A stretch of DNA of 64,000 nt, taken from positions 33,073 through 97,072 of the IMG/VR virus record IMGVR_UViG_3300003086_000114, one strand, 5' to 3'. A model generated the notes under the pieces. The model saw nothing but the letters and a program-made list of their open reading frames with translations, did not search any database and was not told where the DNA came from. Position numbers and translations under genes: made by a program. Positions 47,201 to 55,790 of this stretch are shown here, piece by piece. The stretch is from a virus (taxonomy: Duplodnaviria > Caudoviricetes). The stretch's first letter is position 1. The number at the start of each line of letters is the position of its first letter.

Positions 47201-48785
47201 TGGAGTAGGAGTACATGGTGTTGCATTTGATACAGATTTAGCAATTGCTAAAGTTTCGGATAATGGAATGGGTGGATTATCTGCCGCCAAACAAGCACTT
47301 GAATGGGCAAAGGCATTTGATGATATTGTAGTTGCTAATTTAAGTATTAATACTTCATACGATGATACATATAAAAATGCAATGACTGACCAAGGCAATG
47401 GTGTATTTACTAATAGTCATTCAGATTATGGCGGCACTAATTACTATAATTTAGAAGATGCGAGTACTTGGGCAGACGTATTACCAAGCGAACTTGTACT
47501 TGTTGTAAGTGCAGGTAATACAGAAGCAGGATATGTACAAAATCCTGCGACGCTAGCAAGTGCAGTTGATGCTAATGGAGTATTAGAATTAGATGGCAGA
47601 ATGCTTATTGCTGGTAATTGGAACACAAGTACACAAACAATCGATGGTGCTAAGTCAGGACACGTATGTAAAGATTACACTACACAATGTAACGACACTT
47701 ATAAAACTAGTGACTTTTACTTATTAGCGCCAGGCACTAATATTAATAGTATTGATAATGGCGGTGGCTACACAAGAATGTCCGGAACAAGCATGGCGGC
47801 ACCAGTTATTACTGCTGGAGTATCAATTGTACATCAAATGTGGCCTTATATGGAAGGTAGTAATATTGCACAAGTACTGCTACAAACTGCTGATAAAAAC
47901 TTATCAAATTATAGTGTCGACACTCATGGACAAGGGTTACTTGATTTAGATCAAGCAACACAGCCGGTCGGCACATTGGGAATTAGTACTACTGGTCGTA
48001 CAGGCAATACTGCTAATGTTAGTGGAACTATTTCAGTTAGCGGGTTGGATAGTGCTAGTGTTAGTTCTGTTAGTGCTGTGGATGATTTCGACAGAGACTT
48101 TACAGTTGATTTAAGTAGCATGGTTACTGATAGTAATACATCATTAGAACATCTTAATCATAAGCCGGGACAGTCTTGGGGTATTAAGTACGCAAATATT
48201 AGCACACAAGAGTATAAAAACTTTACTGTAGGTACAAACAGTAAAGGATCTTACGCACTTGGTTATAAGCACAATTTAAATAATAATTTAGATTTAAGCG
48301 TTACGTACAGTAAGTCCAACACAAGTCCATGGATTGACATGTCTGGTGTATGGGGTGAAGTTAATGGTGCTACTACTATCGATACCAATCTTACTTGGAA
48401 AAGAAACAACGTGTGGGCACAAGCAGGCGTAATGAATACTAAAACAGATATTAAGAAAGGACTAGTAGTTAATATCGACGATGCAATTTCTGCTTATGCT
48501 ATTGGCGGACTTACTTTAGATGACTTTACGTTATATGCTGGTATTAAACCAACAGTAATTAAAGGCAGACTTGACTTATCTGTTCCGAATAGTGTTGATT
48601 TGGATGGTGTTATGCATTATAATTCAACATCCAATAATTATGGAACAGATACAATACCATTTATCGGTGTCAAATCTGTACTTTACTTTAACGAGAATAG
48701 TACAGATTTAAGTTTGCGCACAGATGTAATTGCAGATGAAAACGGAAAGCACTTGTTTAACATGGTAGTTGAATATAAATTTTAA
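44208..48785 (+). CDS. Lipoprotein S8 (subtilisin) protease with Thr-rich repeats and probable C-terminal outer-membrane beta-barrel
   Basis: Lipobox LTAC followed by poly-Gly; catalytic triad IIDTGI / HGSHVAG / SGTSMAAP; beta-strand C-terminus ending VEYKF. Confidence 0.88.
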   Translation: MMTLGKLLTTVLIAITLTACGGGGGGSSITVVLEDDITWENGIYDEWTFTSTTVSSTDINCTVDIYSRYIWWEKHINGVATGIKGSLIGTNTEERNEQCVIPVTLDSSVDNTSSVDTITNETAIDVTTYVDEDRTTTDFNGSTVIKTYRVYTDTTTTPITTTTTITTTRTNTYSDGTVTSEVINISSSNVVNNSVTTATREELTNTVVTANLINTTDSTATTSSVNSIPVVTTTSTTENRVSTDANGSTVTKTFVVYSDKTTTASTTTTVATTTTINTYSDGSTTATIANPVTTTSTLDVVTISTREELTNTVVTPNVASTSDTNSTATTSSNSNPVVTTTSVDDTRTSTDANGSTVTKVYKVYTDKTTITITTVTTITTTQTTLWTDSSATSDVISTSTSTANNDNVTSATREELISTTVTANIASTSDTDSTSTSTTEGTAITITTSATEDRTSTDANGSTVVKTFTIYTDTTTTPNATVTTIITTRTTLWTNGTSTSAVINTAETVAEEDVETVATREVLTNTVVTPNIASTSDSDSDSASTSNGTTTTVTTSATENRTSTDANSSTVVKTFTIYTDTTTAPVTTITITTTTRTTLWTDSTSTSEIVNTSTSESVTNTVTTATREELTNTVVTANVSSTSDSDSTTTSTSNGTVNVTTTSTTEDRTSTDANGSTVVKTFTIYTDTTTAPVTTIIEVTTTRTTLWTTGTSTSEIINTTSTNSTSNTVTTATREELTNTVVTANVSSTSTVYLNERNLGTIKSDLISELYGTNSDTITVGTDADGNPIQQQVTLYYYSWHKTVYDKILKDKYTRTTYTDGSVIDTLVTADVDFSTTLTKEYLLDPWGGKRTTSQRVPVGETFIGNPVAPDGSSGSSGVYTYAQRDADHSVTNYDTTTYYNDTALGTPTVDVNNDPATYETTEAENGAVLVTYANHAYARGWTGKGSTALIIDTGIDQDHPEFAGKIKYLWDAGFATPYEDEHGHGSHVAGIVSANKDGVGVHGVAFDTDLAIAKVSDNGMGGLSAAKQALEWAKAFDDIVVANLSINTSYDDTYKNAMTDQGNGVFTNSHSDYGGTNYYNLEDASTWADVLPSELVLVVSAGNTEAGYVQNPATLASAVDANGVLELDGRMLIAGNWNTSTQTIDGAKSGHVCKDYTTQCNDTYKTSDFYLLAPGTNINSIDNGGGYTRMSGTSMAAPVITAGVSIVHQMWPYMEGSNIAQVLLQTADKNLSNYSVDTHGQGLLDLDQATQPVGTLGISTTGRTGNTANVSGTISVSGLDSASVSSVSAVDDFDRDFTVDLSSMVTDSNTSLEHLNHKPGQSWGIKYANISTQEYKNFTVGTNSKGSYALGYKHNLNNNLDLSVTYSKSNTSPWIDMSGVWGEVNGATTIDTNLTWKRNNVWAQAGVMNTKTDIKKGLVVNIDDAISAYAIGGLTLDDFTLYAGIKPTVIKGRLDLSVPNSVDLDGVMHYNSTSNNYGTDTIPFIGVKSVLYFNENSTDLSLRTDVIADENGKHLFNMVVEYKF
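44530..46460 (+). repeat. Six ~107-aa (~321-bp) Thr-rich coding repeats
   Basis: Recurring RTSTDANGSTVVKTFTIYTDTTT...TREELTNTVVT; identical DNA blocks at 46081 and 46402. Boundaries approximate. Confidence 0.85.
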
Positions 48786-48814
48786 GGAAACTAAATGAAC
48801 GGATTACTAATTAA

Positions 48815-49648
48815 ATGACAACTAATAGCATCAAAACAAATTACAAAACAGCAATCGATCGACTAGACGCTATACGTTCGTGTAAACCATTTGAATATCT
48901 TGTAATAGCAGTTATTATTATCTCTGCACTAGCAATCGGTGCAAACACACACGACATACCACCTTCTGTAATTAGTATATTAGAAGCACTCAATGTTTTT
49001 ATTACTGTGTTTTTTGCAATTGAAATTGCTATTAGGATGTTGGTAACTCCACGATTTAAAGATTTCTTTAAAAGTGGATGGAATGTGTTTGACACTATCA
49101 TTGTTGCTGGAAGTTTGATTCCAATCGATGACAACGAAATGGTGCTACTTGCTAGACTATTGCGTATTTTTAGAGTACTGCGATTAATTTCATTTATTCC
49201 TGAACTTCGTATGCTCGTAGGTGCATTGCTTAAAGCCATCCCTAGGATGGGCTACATTGTGTTGCTCATGTTTGTTATTTTTTATATGTACGCCGCAGTT
49301 GGTAGTATGTTCTTCAACACAATCAATCCTGTGTTGTGGGGAGACATTTCGATATCCATGCTAACACTGTTCAGAATAGTCACGTTTGAAGACTGGACTG
49401 ACATTATGTACGAAACAATGGTTGTGTATGGACTTAGTTGGATTTACTACTTGAGTTTTATATTTCTAGCAGGGTTCGTGTTCTTGAACATGATGATTGG
49501 TGTTGTTATTGACGTATTCAGCAAAGAACACAATCAACAGAGTAGAGATTCCGGCGAAGGTGAAGCATATCAAGTAGACCAAATATATAACCGTATGCCA
49601 GAGATTGAAGAAAAACTAGACAGCATTATCAAATCACTTGCAAAATGA
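48815..49648 (+). CDS. Bacterial-type voltage-gated cation channel (BacNav family, 6TM)
   Basis: S2 FAIEIAIR, S3 WNVFDTII, S4 RLLRIFRVLRL, filter TFEDWTD, S6 LNMMIGVVI and a C-terminal coiled coil. Confidence 0.9.
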   Translation: MTTNSIKTNYKTAIDRLDAIRSCKPFEYLVIAVIIISALAIGANTHDIPPSVISILEALNVFITVFFAIEIAIRMLVTPRFKDFFKSGWNVFDTIIVAGSLIPIDDNEMVLLARLLRIFRVLRLISFIPELRMLVGALLKAIPRMGYIVLLMFVIFYMYAAVGSMFFNTINPVLWGDISISMLTLFRIVTFEDWTDIMYETMVVYGLSWIYYLSFIFLAGFVFLNMMIGVVIDVFSKEHNQQSRDSGEGEAYQVDQIYNRMPEIEEKLDSIIKSLAK

Positions 49649-49762
49649 GAAGTAGTAAAGTAGTAAAATAATAATCACAAAAAAGAGGAGAATATCAATG
49701 AGAAAAGTTTCAATTAAGAAAGAGAAAATTAGTTATGATTAAACGCGCCCGTTAACACATTC

Positions 49763-50326
49763 GTGTTTAATAATAACGCAAAACATATTATCGTGCTTTT
49801 TGCACCTAATTCCCGAGGTAATTTTGTTAAAAATTGCCTAACATTTTCAAATGGAACTGCAGATTCTAGTTATAAATGCACACCAATAAGTAGTCGTTTA
49901 GAAAGGTACATAAGTGCATTAAATATCAATGATCCAACAGAACCAGCACACGTAGACAAATATAATAATTACAGCAAAAGACGTATCTTGAATGCAGACC
50001 ATTCAAAGTGTTATATACATTCCGGGCACCTATTTGAATTACCACAATGGGATAAAATAGAAACAATGAAATACAAATACAAAAGTTATGTTGTGATTAC
50101 CACATCTCAAGGTTTATATAACGATTATTTGTTTATTAATAGGTTTACTAATACAGAAACTTGGTATAATCTACCGTATCGTGATATATTAAATAAACCT
50201 AAATTCCTGGAGCATTGTTATGCAATTAATAATAATATTGATTTGGGATTAGTAGATGATTATTACAATGTATATTATGATAAATGCATAAAAAATAATA
50301 CAAGAAATATAGAATACAATAGGTAA
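49763..50326 (+). CDS. Hypothetical protein (possible sulfotransferase-like P-loop)
   Basis: IVLFAPNSRGNFVKNCL at the N-terminus; tentative. Confidence 0.4.
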   Translation: MFNNNAKHIIVLFAPNSRGNFVKNCLTFSNGTADSSYKCTPISSRLERYISALNINDPTEPAHVDKYNNYSKRRILNADHSKCYIHSGHLFELPQWDKIETMKYKYKSYVVITTSQGLYNDYLFINRFTNTETWYNLPYRDILNKPKFLEHCYAINNNIDLGLVDDYYNVYYDKCIKNNTRNIEYNR

Positions 50327-50413
50327 CTGCCTTTAACATCAACACTAACTTTAAAATTAACTATGACACATAAACAAAAAGAAACTTGCGGAATGAGATC
50401 AAGGAGCATATAA

Positions 50414-50638
50414 ATGAGTTGGAGTCGAACACTTGAATTATATAGTTATATTTTCTTTTTTGCAATTGTTATTTGGCCTTTAATGGTAGTAGCATGGTCT
50501 TCCTTTTTTGATAACTTTAATATGTTTACTGGAGAGTTTAGGATCAAAGAGGCACCACGTAAAAGAGTTACTGACGAAGACCGTATACAGTTTCGTAAAG
50601 AATTTAATGATTATATAAAGGAGAAAGATAATGGATAA
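50414..50638 (+). CDS. Small membrane protein
   Basis: One TM helix; AAGGAG RBS. Confidence 0.6.
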   Translation: MSWSRTLELYSYIFFFAIVIWPLMVVAWSSFFDNFNMFTGEFRIKEAPRKRVTDEDRIQFRKEFNDYIKEKDNG

Positions 50639-50855
50639 GACAGAAAGAGATGAAGAAATGATTAATTCACTAAGAATGATTAACGACACTCTGAGAGTTT
50701 CCTATGATGAATTAAATCGCTTATATAGTGAGATATTACATGAGTATAGAGATGCAATGAACGACCAATTTGATAAAAGACGAAAAATACTCAGTGAGTT
50801 ACATAGTACCCAAATAAGCCTAGCAATAGCAAAATCCGAGCAATCTTTAGAGTAA
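50631..50855 (+). CDS. Small coiled-coil protein
   Basis: AAGGAG RBS; helical heptads. Confidence 0.6.
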   Translation: MDKTERDEEMINSLRMINDTLRVSYDELNRLYSEILHEYRDAMNDQFDKRRKILSELHSTQISLAIAKSEQSLE

Positions 50856-50891
50856 AGGAAATATTAGAAACCATATGATACTAATTGATCG

Positions 50892-51170
50892 ATAAGATGC
50901 TATAATACAGCACTAAGAGAAACTAAAATTAACAACAACATAGAAGACTATGAAAACAAAAAGAAAAGATTTCTTATCTTATAGGAAAGCAAAACAAGTA
51001 GTTGAAAAATATAGTAGCTCTTGTATGGATATCAATAATATACTTGACTACAAATATTCATATAAAGAAGCTCACAAAAATCTTCCAGCTAACCCAGACC
51101 AGATTTATAAAGAAGAATGGGTTGGATGGAACGATTTTTTAGGGAAGCAATAAGATGCTATAATACAGCA
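50892..51170 (+). promoter_or_regulatory. Two identical 21-bp extended -10 promoter cassettes (50892-50912 and 51150-51170)
   Basis: ATAAGATGCTATAATACAGCA occurs twice; each copy contains TGnTATAAT. Confidence 0.75.
50950..51153 (+). CDS. Single integrase-repeat-unit-like small protein
   Basis: FLSYRKAK...LPANPDQIYKEEWVGWNDFLG pattern. Confidence 0.6.
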   Translation: MKTKRKDFLSYRKAKQVVEKYSSSCMDINNILDYKYSYKEAHKNLPANPDQIYKEEWVGWNDFLGKQ

Positions 51171-51184
51171 GTACGGAGATTAAC

Positions 51185-51343
51185 ATGGCAGTATTTAAGA
51201 AAACACAGGTTGTCTATCCTGAAAATAGTGAGTTAGGCAAGACAAGAGAAGGAATATTAAAAGCAAGAGCTAAACTAAGAAGAATAGCAAAAGAACAGGA
51301 GGTTCAAAACAAACTATCACAATTTTTCGAAAGAATAAATTAG
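51185..51343 (+). CDS. 52-aa basic hypothetical protein (MAVFKKTQ...)
   Basis: Translated by hand; GGAG RBS; directly downstream of the promoter cassette. Confidence 0.55.
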   Translation: MAVFKKTQVVYPENSELGKTREGILKARAKLRRIAKEQEVQNKLSQFFERIN

Positions 51344-51411
51344 AAGAGATGATATCGCAGTAAGCGAGTAAGTTAATAAACACTAAATGAAAATAACCCA
51401 CGGAGAATAAA

Positions 51412-51789
51412 ATGATTAAAGTAAACCCCGATATGTCTAACGTAACACTTTCTAGACTTTCAGACACACTTTTAGTTGAAGAAGATAAACACGGAATTCA
51501 CGTTACATTAAACTGCGCAAGTATGAAGAGAGAAATTATAAAACAATTGCTAGGACTTCGTATGATACACGGCATTAAATCAGTTAGGCGCACAGAGTTG
51601 CACGAACTAGCATCTAAAGCACACGGACTATTAAAAACTGACTCTGGATGGTCTATACATTCTATCGAAACACCATTTGATGAATTAGTAGCTGAAGGAG
51701 TTATTGAGCGCATTAAATACACTTCACCTAAAAAAGCAACGTATATACGCTTAACTAGTAAATTTGCTAACGAACACATAAAAAAATAA
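51412..51789 (+). CDS. Hypothetical protein, possible C-terminal winged helix
   Basis: GGAG RBS; FDELVAEGVIER...TYIRLT. Confidence 0.55.
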   Translation: MIKVNPDMSNVTLSRLSDTLLVEEDKHGIHVTLNCASMKREIIKQLLGLRMIHGIKSVRRTELHELASKAHGLLKTDSGWSIHSIETPFDELVAEGVIERIKYTSPKKATYIRLTSKFANEHIKK

Positions 51790-51801
51790 CAAAGGAGAAA
51801 C

Positions 51802-52041
51802 ATGACCAAATATCAGAAAACTGCAATTTACAACAACTACATCATTGCACAAGTTGAAGGAGGAACCGATTTAAGTAGGCCTATTCGGTTATTTAAAGAC
51901 ACTTCGTTTGTTGCTCATGGAGATGTTAAAGGTGAACTTCGAAAGATTGCTAGCAAAATTAATGTCAGCATTAATACTTCAGAAGGCAAAGAAAAAACCA
52001 CTCAACAATTAGGTAATAACATTATTAATGAGTTAGCTTAA
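51802..52041 (+). CDS. Small hypothetical protein
   Basis: AAGGAG RBS. Confidence 0.6.
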   Translation: MTKYQKTAIYNNYIIAQVEGGTDLSRPIRLFKDTSFVAHGDVKGELRKIASKINVSINTSEGKEKTTQQLGNNIINELA

Positions 52042-52063
52042 TATCGGAATAGGAGAGAATAAA

Positions 52064-52735
52064 ATGTCAGAATTAACAGTACAAGTTTTTGGTTATGGCG
52101 CTGAAGTAGGGCATATCGAAGTTTCAAAAGAAGCATACACATGGTGGAAAAAAACTAACGAAGAAGATGAAGATGCATTAGTGAGTTACTTGAACTCATG
52201 GGAATTAAGCGATTACGAAGGGCCAGAAGTTCCAAAAGAAGCGGAATTTTTAAGACGTGAAGAAGGCAGTAAAGTATATTGGGCTGACAGTGAAAATTTA
52301 ATCGACCAGTACTGGCAACAGACAGCAGATTGTAGCAGTGTCAAAATCGAAGTTGATGGAAAAAGCGTGTTCGCTGAAGATAATACTTCGCCTAAATTCT
52401 CAGATGTTGTTATTGGTGACGCAGACGATACAAATAACAAAGACATCGCAATGAGTTACACTCGTAGCCCTTACACACACGAATCATTTAAAGACGCAGT
52501 GTACGTTATTACATTCGAGAGTTCGGAAAAAGGTATGTTTATTGATTCTGCTACTAATATCGATAGCGACTTTGATAAGTCTAAATTAGTGTTTTATGTA
52601 GAAGAAGATTGGTCGGGAAATGGTACGATTGCAGGCGTAGATTACAACGGCGAAGACTTTGATACTACTAGCGAACCCGAAGACACAGTAGGAAAGGGAA
52701 TTTACGCACACGTTTGGAAATCAGGAGAAGAATAA
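52064..52735 (+). CDS. Acidic hypothetical protein (tandem paralogue A)
   Basis: AGGAG RBS; shares ELT.QV.G.G.E, ES.EKG.F and GKGIYAHVWK with the next gene. Confidence 0.7.
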   Translation: MSELTVQVFGYGAEVGHIEVSKEAYTWWKKTNEEDEDALVSYLNSWELSDYEGPEVPKEAEFLRREEGSKVYWADSENLIDQYWQQTADCSSVKIEVDGKSVFAEDNTSPKFSDVVIGDADDTNNKDIAMSYTRSPYTHESFKDAVYVITFESSEKGMFIDSATNIDSDFDKSKLVFYVEEDWSGNGTIAGVDYNGEDFDTTSEPEDTVGKGIYAHVWKSGEE

Positions 52736-52736
52736 A

Positions 52737-53384
52737 ATGGCAGAATTAACAATACAGGTATACGGAGCAGGCTCGGAAACGTGTCACGTATCATTAACAA
52801 AAAAAGCATACACGTGGTGGGAACAACAAGACACTGATATGCTCGAAACATATATTTCATCATGGAGTGATGATGATTACGACTTCGAAGTTCCTGAATT
52901 TGCAAACTTTTTAGAAGGAGGAGCGGTTTACGATGCAGATGGTATGATTGATCATTATTTTCGTATTGGGTGGGAAGAAGCACGCATAGAAATCGAAGTT
53001 GATGGGAAAAGCGTGTTCGCTGAAGATGATACCTATATAATGGTTGGAGACGTAGTTATCGGCGATGAACAAGACCCTGATGAAGTGGATATTAGAAGTA
53101 GTACTACGTGGACAAAGGAAGAACAATCAATACTGGATAAAATACAAGACAAAAAGTATATGGTTACATACGAAAGTGTAGAGAAAGGAACTTTCTTTGA
53201 CGCTACTGTTAAAATCGATGATAAGTTTGATAAGGCAAGTCTTACAGTTTTTACTGCCGAAGATTGGCGCACAGGCGAAGATAAAATCGCGGATATAACG
53301 TACAACGGCAAAAACTTAGATAATGACGGTGGTGACTCAACCGGAAAGGGAATTTACGCACACGTTTGGAAACACGGAGAATAA
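52737..53384 (+). CDS. Acidic hypothetical protein (tandem paralogue B)
   Basis: Shares the ELT.QV.G.G.E, ES.EKG.F and GKGIYAHVWK blocks with 52064-52735. Confidence 0.7.
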   Translation: MAELTIQVYGAGSETCHVSLTKKAYTWWEQQDTDMLETYISSWSDDDYDFEVPEFANFLEGGAVYDADGMIDHYFRIGWEEARIEIEVDGKSVFAEDDTYIMVGDVVIGDEQDPDEVDIRSSTTWTKEEQSILDKIQDKKYMVTYESVEKGTFFDATVKIDDKFDKASLTVFTAEDWRTGEDKIADITYNGKNLDNDGGDSTGKGIYAHVWKHGE

Positions 53385-53385
53385 C

Positions 53386-53703
53386 ATGGAAAATAAAACT
53401 GTAGATGTATATGTTGTAATGGACGGTCTTGATATTATGGGCGTTTACGATACACTTAATGAATCAGAACGAATGACAAATAGTTATCACGATGCAGTAG
53501 TTGAAGGTCCCGAACCAATGGAGATTACAAATCACGACAAACCAACAAAGGATATGGTTAGTGTACATGTGCTTACAGAAGGCGATTCTGTATTGGGCGT
53601 GTTTGACGACAAAGACGAAGCAGAGCGTATGTGTAACAACTACTATGATTCGGAAGTTTCGGAAGAATTTATTTTAGAATTCACACACACAGAAAATGTC
53701 TAA
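53386..53703 (+). CDS. Acidic protein with two-fold internal repeat (V.V...GV(Y/F)D...E.ERM)
   Basis: Start 53386 follows GGAG. Confidence 0.6.
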   Translation: MENKTVDVYVVMDGLDIMGVYDTLNESERMTNSYHDAVVEGPEPMEITNHDKPTKDMVSVHVLTEGDSVLGVFDDKDEAERMCNNYYDSEVSEEFILEFTHTENV

Positions 53704-53869
53704 CAAGAACCGCAAGTTATCTAAAGTAGAAAAGAAAGCAATTATGGACAAACATCCTAGTGCTTCTGCCGATGAAATTTATACAGATGAAGAGTGGGCA
53801 AGGATTATGTTTGCTGGTCATTCTGAAATTTCAAACGTAATGCAAGATATTGAGAAGAAGAAACAATAG
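53696..53869 (+). CDS. 57-aa hypothetical protein (MSNKNRKLSK...)
   Basis: Translated by hand; fills the gap between neighbours. Confidence 0.5.
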   Translation: MSNKNRKLSKVEKKAIMDKHPSASADEIYTDEEWARIMFAGHSEISNVMQDIEKKKQ

Positions 53870-53909
53870 TACAGATTTTAAAATATTTAACAAATTACGG
53901 AGAATAAAC

Positions 53910-54251
53910 ATGTTAAAAATAACAACAAAACAGTTAGTTTTATCAACAGCAATAGCATTGTCAACAACAGTTAACGCAGTAACGTCTAGTGAGTTAATAG
54001 CTAATAACAAAGTAACATTAACTGCATTCGGAGTTGTTGATTATTACACGTATAACTGTGCAGGACTAACTGCGATCGGTCAGAGAATGGTTATGAAACA
54101 GTTGTATAGCACTAAGCTAAACCAGTTAACCGCAACACAATTAATGAACACAGATGAATTTAGAAAAGGATTTATCACTTCTGCACGTTATACATGCAAT
54201 AGTCTACGAAGTCAGTTAACTGATGCAGGTATTGGTCTGTTTATTCGGTAG
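53910..54251 (+). CDS. Small secreted protein with two Cys
   Basis: Signal peptide MLKITTKQLVLSTAIALSTTVNA; start 53910 follows GGAG. Confidence 0.6.
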   Translation: MLKITTKQLVLSTAIALSTTVNAVTSSELIANNKVTLTAFGVVDYYTYNCAGLTAIGQRMVMKQLYSTKLNQLTATQLMNTDEFRKGFITSARYTCNSLRSQLTDAGIGLFIR

Positions 54252-54264
54252 GCATGATTGTTGA

Positions 54265-54939
54265 ATGAATCGACTACTCACCTCAGGATGTAGCTTCACA
54301 AATTATTGCTGGAGTACTTGGGCAGACATACTAGGTGAACATTATGGCTGGCATAAAAGATTAGGTGTCGGTGGTGCCGACAATGCTACTATTGCTAGAA
54401 GAATATTATCTACAGCAAGGAAAGACGACACTGTGGTTATTATGTGGACTGGCTACGATCGTTGGAGTTCGTATAATAACGGATGGCAACATAACGGGTG
54501 TCTAGTAGGTAATAAAGATTTTTACACAAACTATTATAATCCTGTAGAGAGATTTACTACAACAATGGATTATGCACAAATGGTAGATAACCACTCTAAG
54601 ATTAAAGGCTACACATGCTACCACTTTAGTGCATTTCCGTGGTTATTATCAGAGATGCATACAGAAATACTACCGGAACTAGTAGACATCTACGAAGATT
54701 ACAGTATAGATAATTGGTATGTTTCAGAAACAAGCCTATTAGAGTTCCAAGAAAAAAATAACGAGGTGTTTGTGACTTCTAATAAGTACGACCAAAAAGA
54801 TACGCATCCTACTCCAATAACACATTGGAAGTATTTAAATCAAGTTATTGCTAACAAAATTAAAATTGATATAAATCAAAACATAGAACAGCATATAATA
54901 CAAGAACAACAAGACGTAATAGCAGGTAATATAAATTGA
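54265..54939 (+). CDS. SGNH-like protein
   Basis: TSGCSFT, GGADN and DTHPTP..H. Confidence 0.65.
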   Translation: MNRLLTSGCSFTNYCWSTWADILGEHYGWHKRLGVGGADNATIARRILSTARKDDTVVIMWTGYDRWSSYNNGWQHNGCLVGNKDFYTNYYNPVERFTTTMDYAQMVDNHSKIKGYTCYHFSAFPWLLSEMHTEILPELVDIYEDYSIDNWYVSETSLLEFQEKNNEVFVTSNKYDQKDTHPTPITHWKYLNQVIANKIKIDINQNIEQHIIQEQQDVIAGNIN

Positions 54940-55790
54940 AAATTAGATACAGCGAAGTATTTTATAGCATACAAGGTGAAGGTAAATGGGTAGGAACACC
55001 TAGTGTATTCCTAAGGACCTTTGGATGTAACTTAGAGTGTAACGGGTTTGGGCAACCAAGAGATAATCATATGCCTATAGAGGATATGCCTTATAACCGA
55101 ATAGATATATCACAGTACGACTCAGTTGAGCTATTGCCAGTGGTTGATATAGGCTGTGACTCTAGTGCTTCGTGGGGCAAGAAGTACAAACACTTATCGC
55201 CGTTTGGCACTACAGAAGAGATAGCAGAGAAAATCTCTAGCTACGCTCCTTGGAGTACTAATAACCATTTGGTTATTACAGGTGGCGAACCACTGTTAGG
55301 ATGGCAGAAAGCATACGCTGAATTATTAGATCATTCAAGTATGAGCAAATTACAGCACCTTACGTTTGAAACTAACGGGTCTAAGATGGTTCAAGAGGAC
55401 TTTATAACATACCTTAACATGCGACCTTACAAAATACGTAACTTAGAAGTAACATGGATGTGTAGTCCTAAGTTATCATTAACAGGTGAAGACCAAGGCA
55501 TTACGATTAATGCTGATGTGTTGTTATCAATGAATGCAGTTAAAGACTCTAATATTAACTTAAAATTTGTTATTAGAGATAAGGTAGATATTGTAGAGGT
55601 AGAGCAAGCACTTGATAAGTATGAGAAAGAGGGTGTAAAAATAGAAGATGTATTTTTAATGCCTGAAGGAGCCACTATAGAGGGGCAAGAACTAACAGAG
55701 AGAAATGTTGCTGACTTATGCATGAAGCATGGTTACAAATTTAGTCCAAGACTTCACATTTCACTCTACGGAAATTCATGGGGTACATAA
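54936..55790 (+). CDS. queE: 7-carboxy-7-deazaguanine synthase (radical SAM)
   Basis: [22 protein letters not shown]...GCDS, ITGGEP, FETNG, CSPKL and FSPRLH. Confidence 0.9.
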   Translation: MKIRYSEVFYSIQGEGKWVGTPSVFLRTFGCNLECNGFGQPRDNHMPIEDMPYNRIDISQYDSVELLPVVDIGCDSSASWGKKYKHLSPFGTTEEIAEKISSYAPWSTNNHLVITGGEPLLGWQKAYAELLDHSSMSKLQHLTFETNGSKMVQEDFITYLNMRPYKIRNLEVTWMCSPKLSLTGEDQGITINADVLLSMNAVKDSNINLKFVIRDKVDIVEVEQALDKYEKEGVKIEDVFLMPEGATIEGQELTERNVADLCMKHGYKFSPRLHISLYGNSWGT

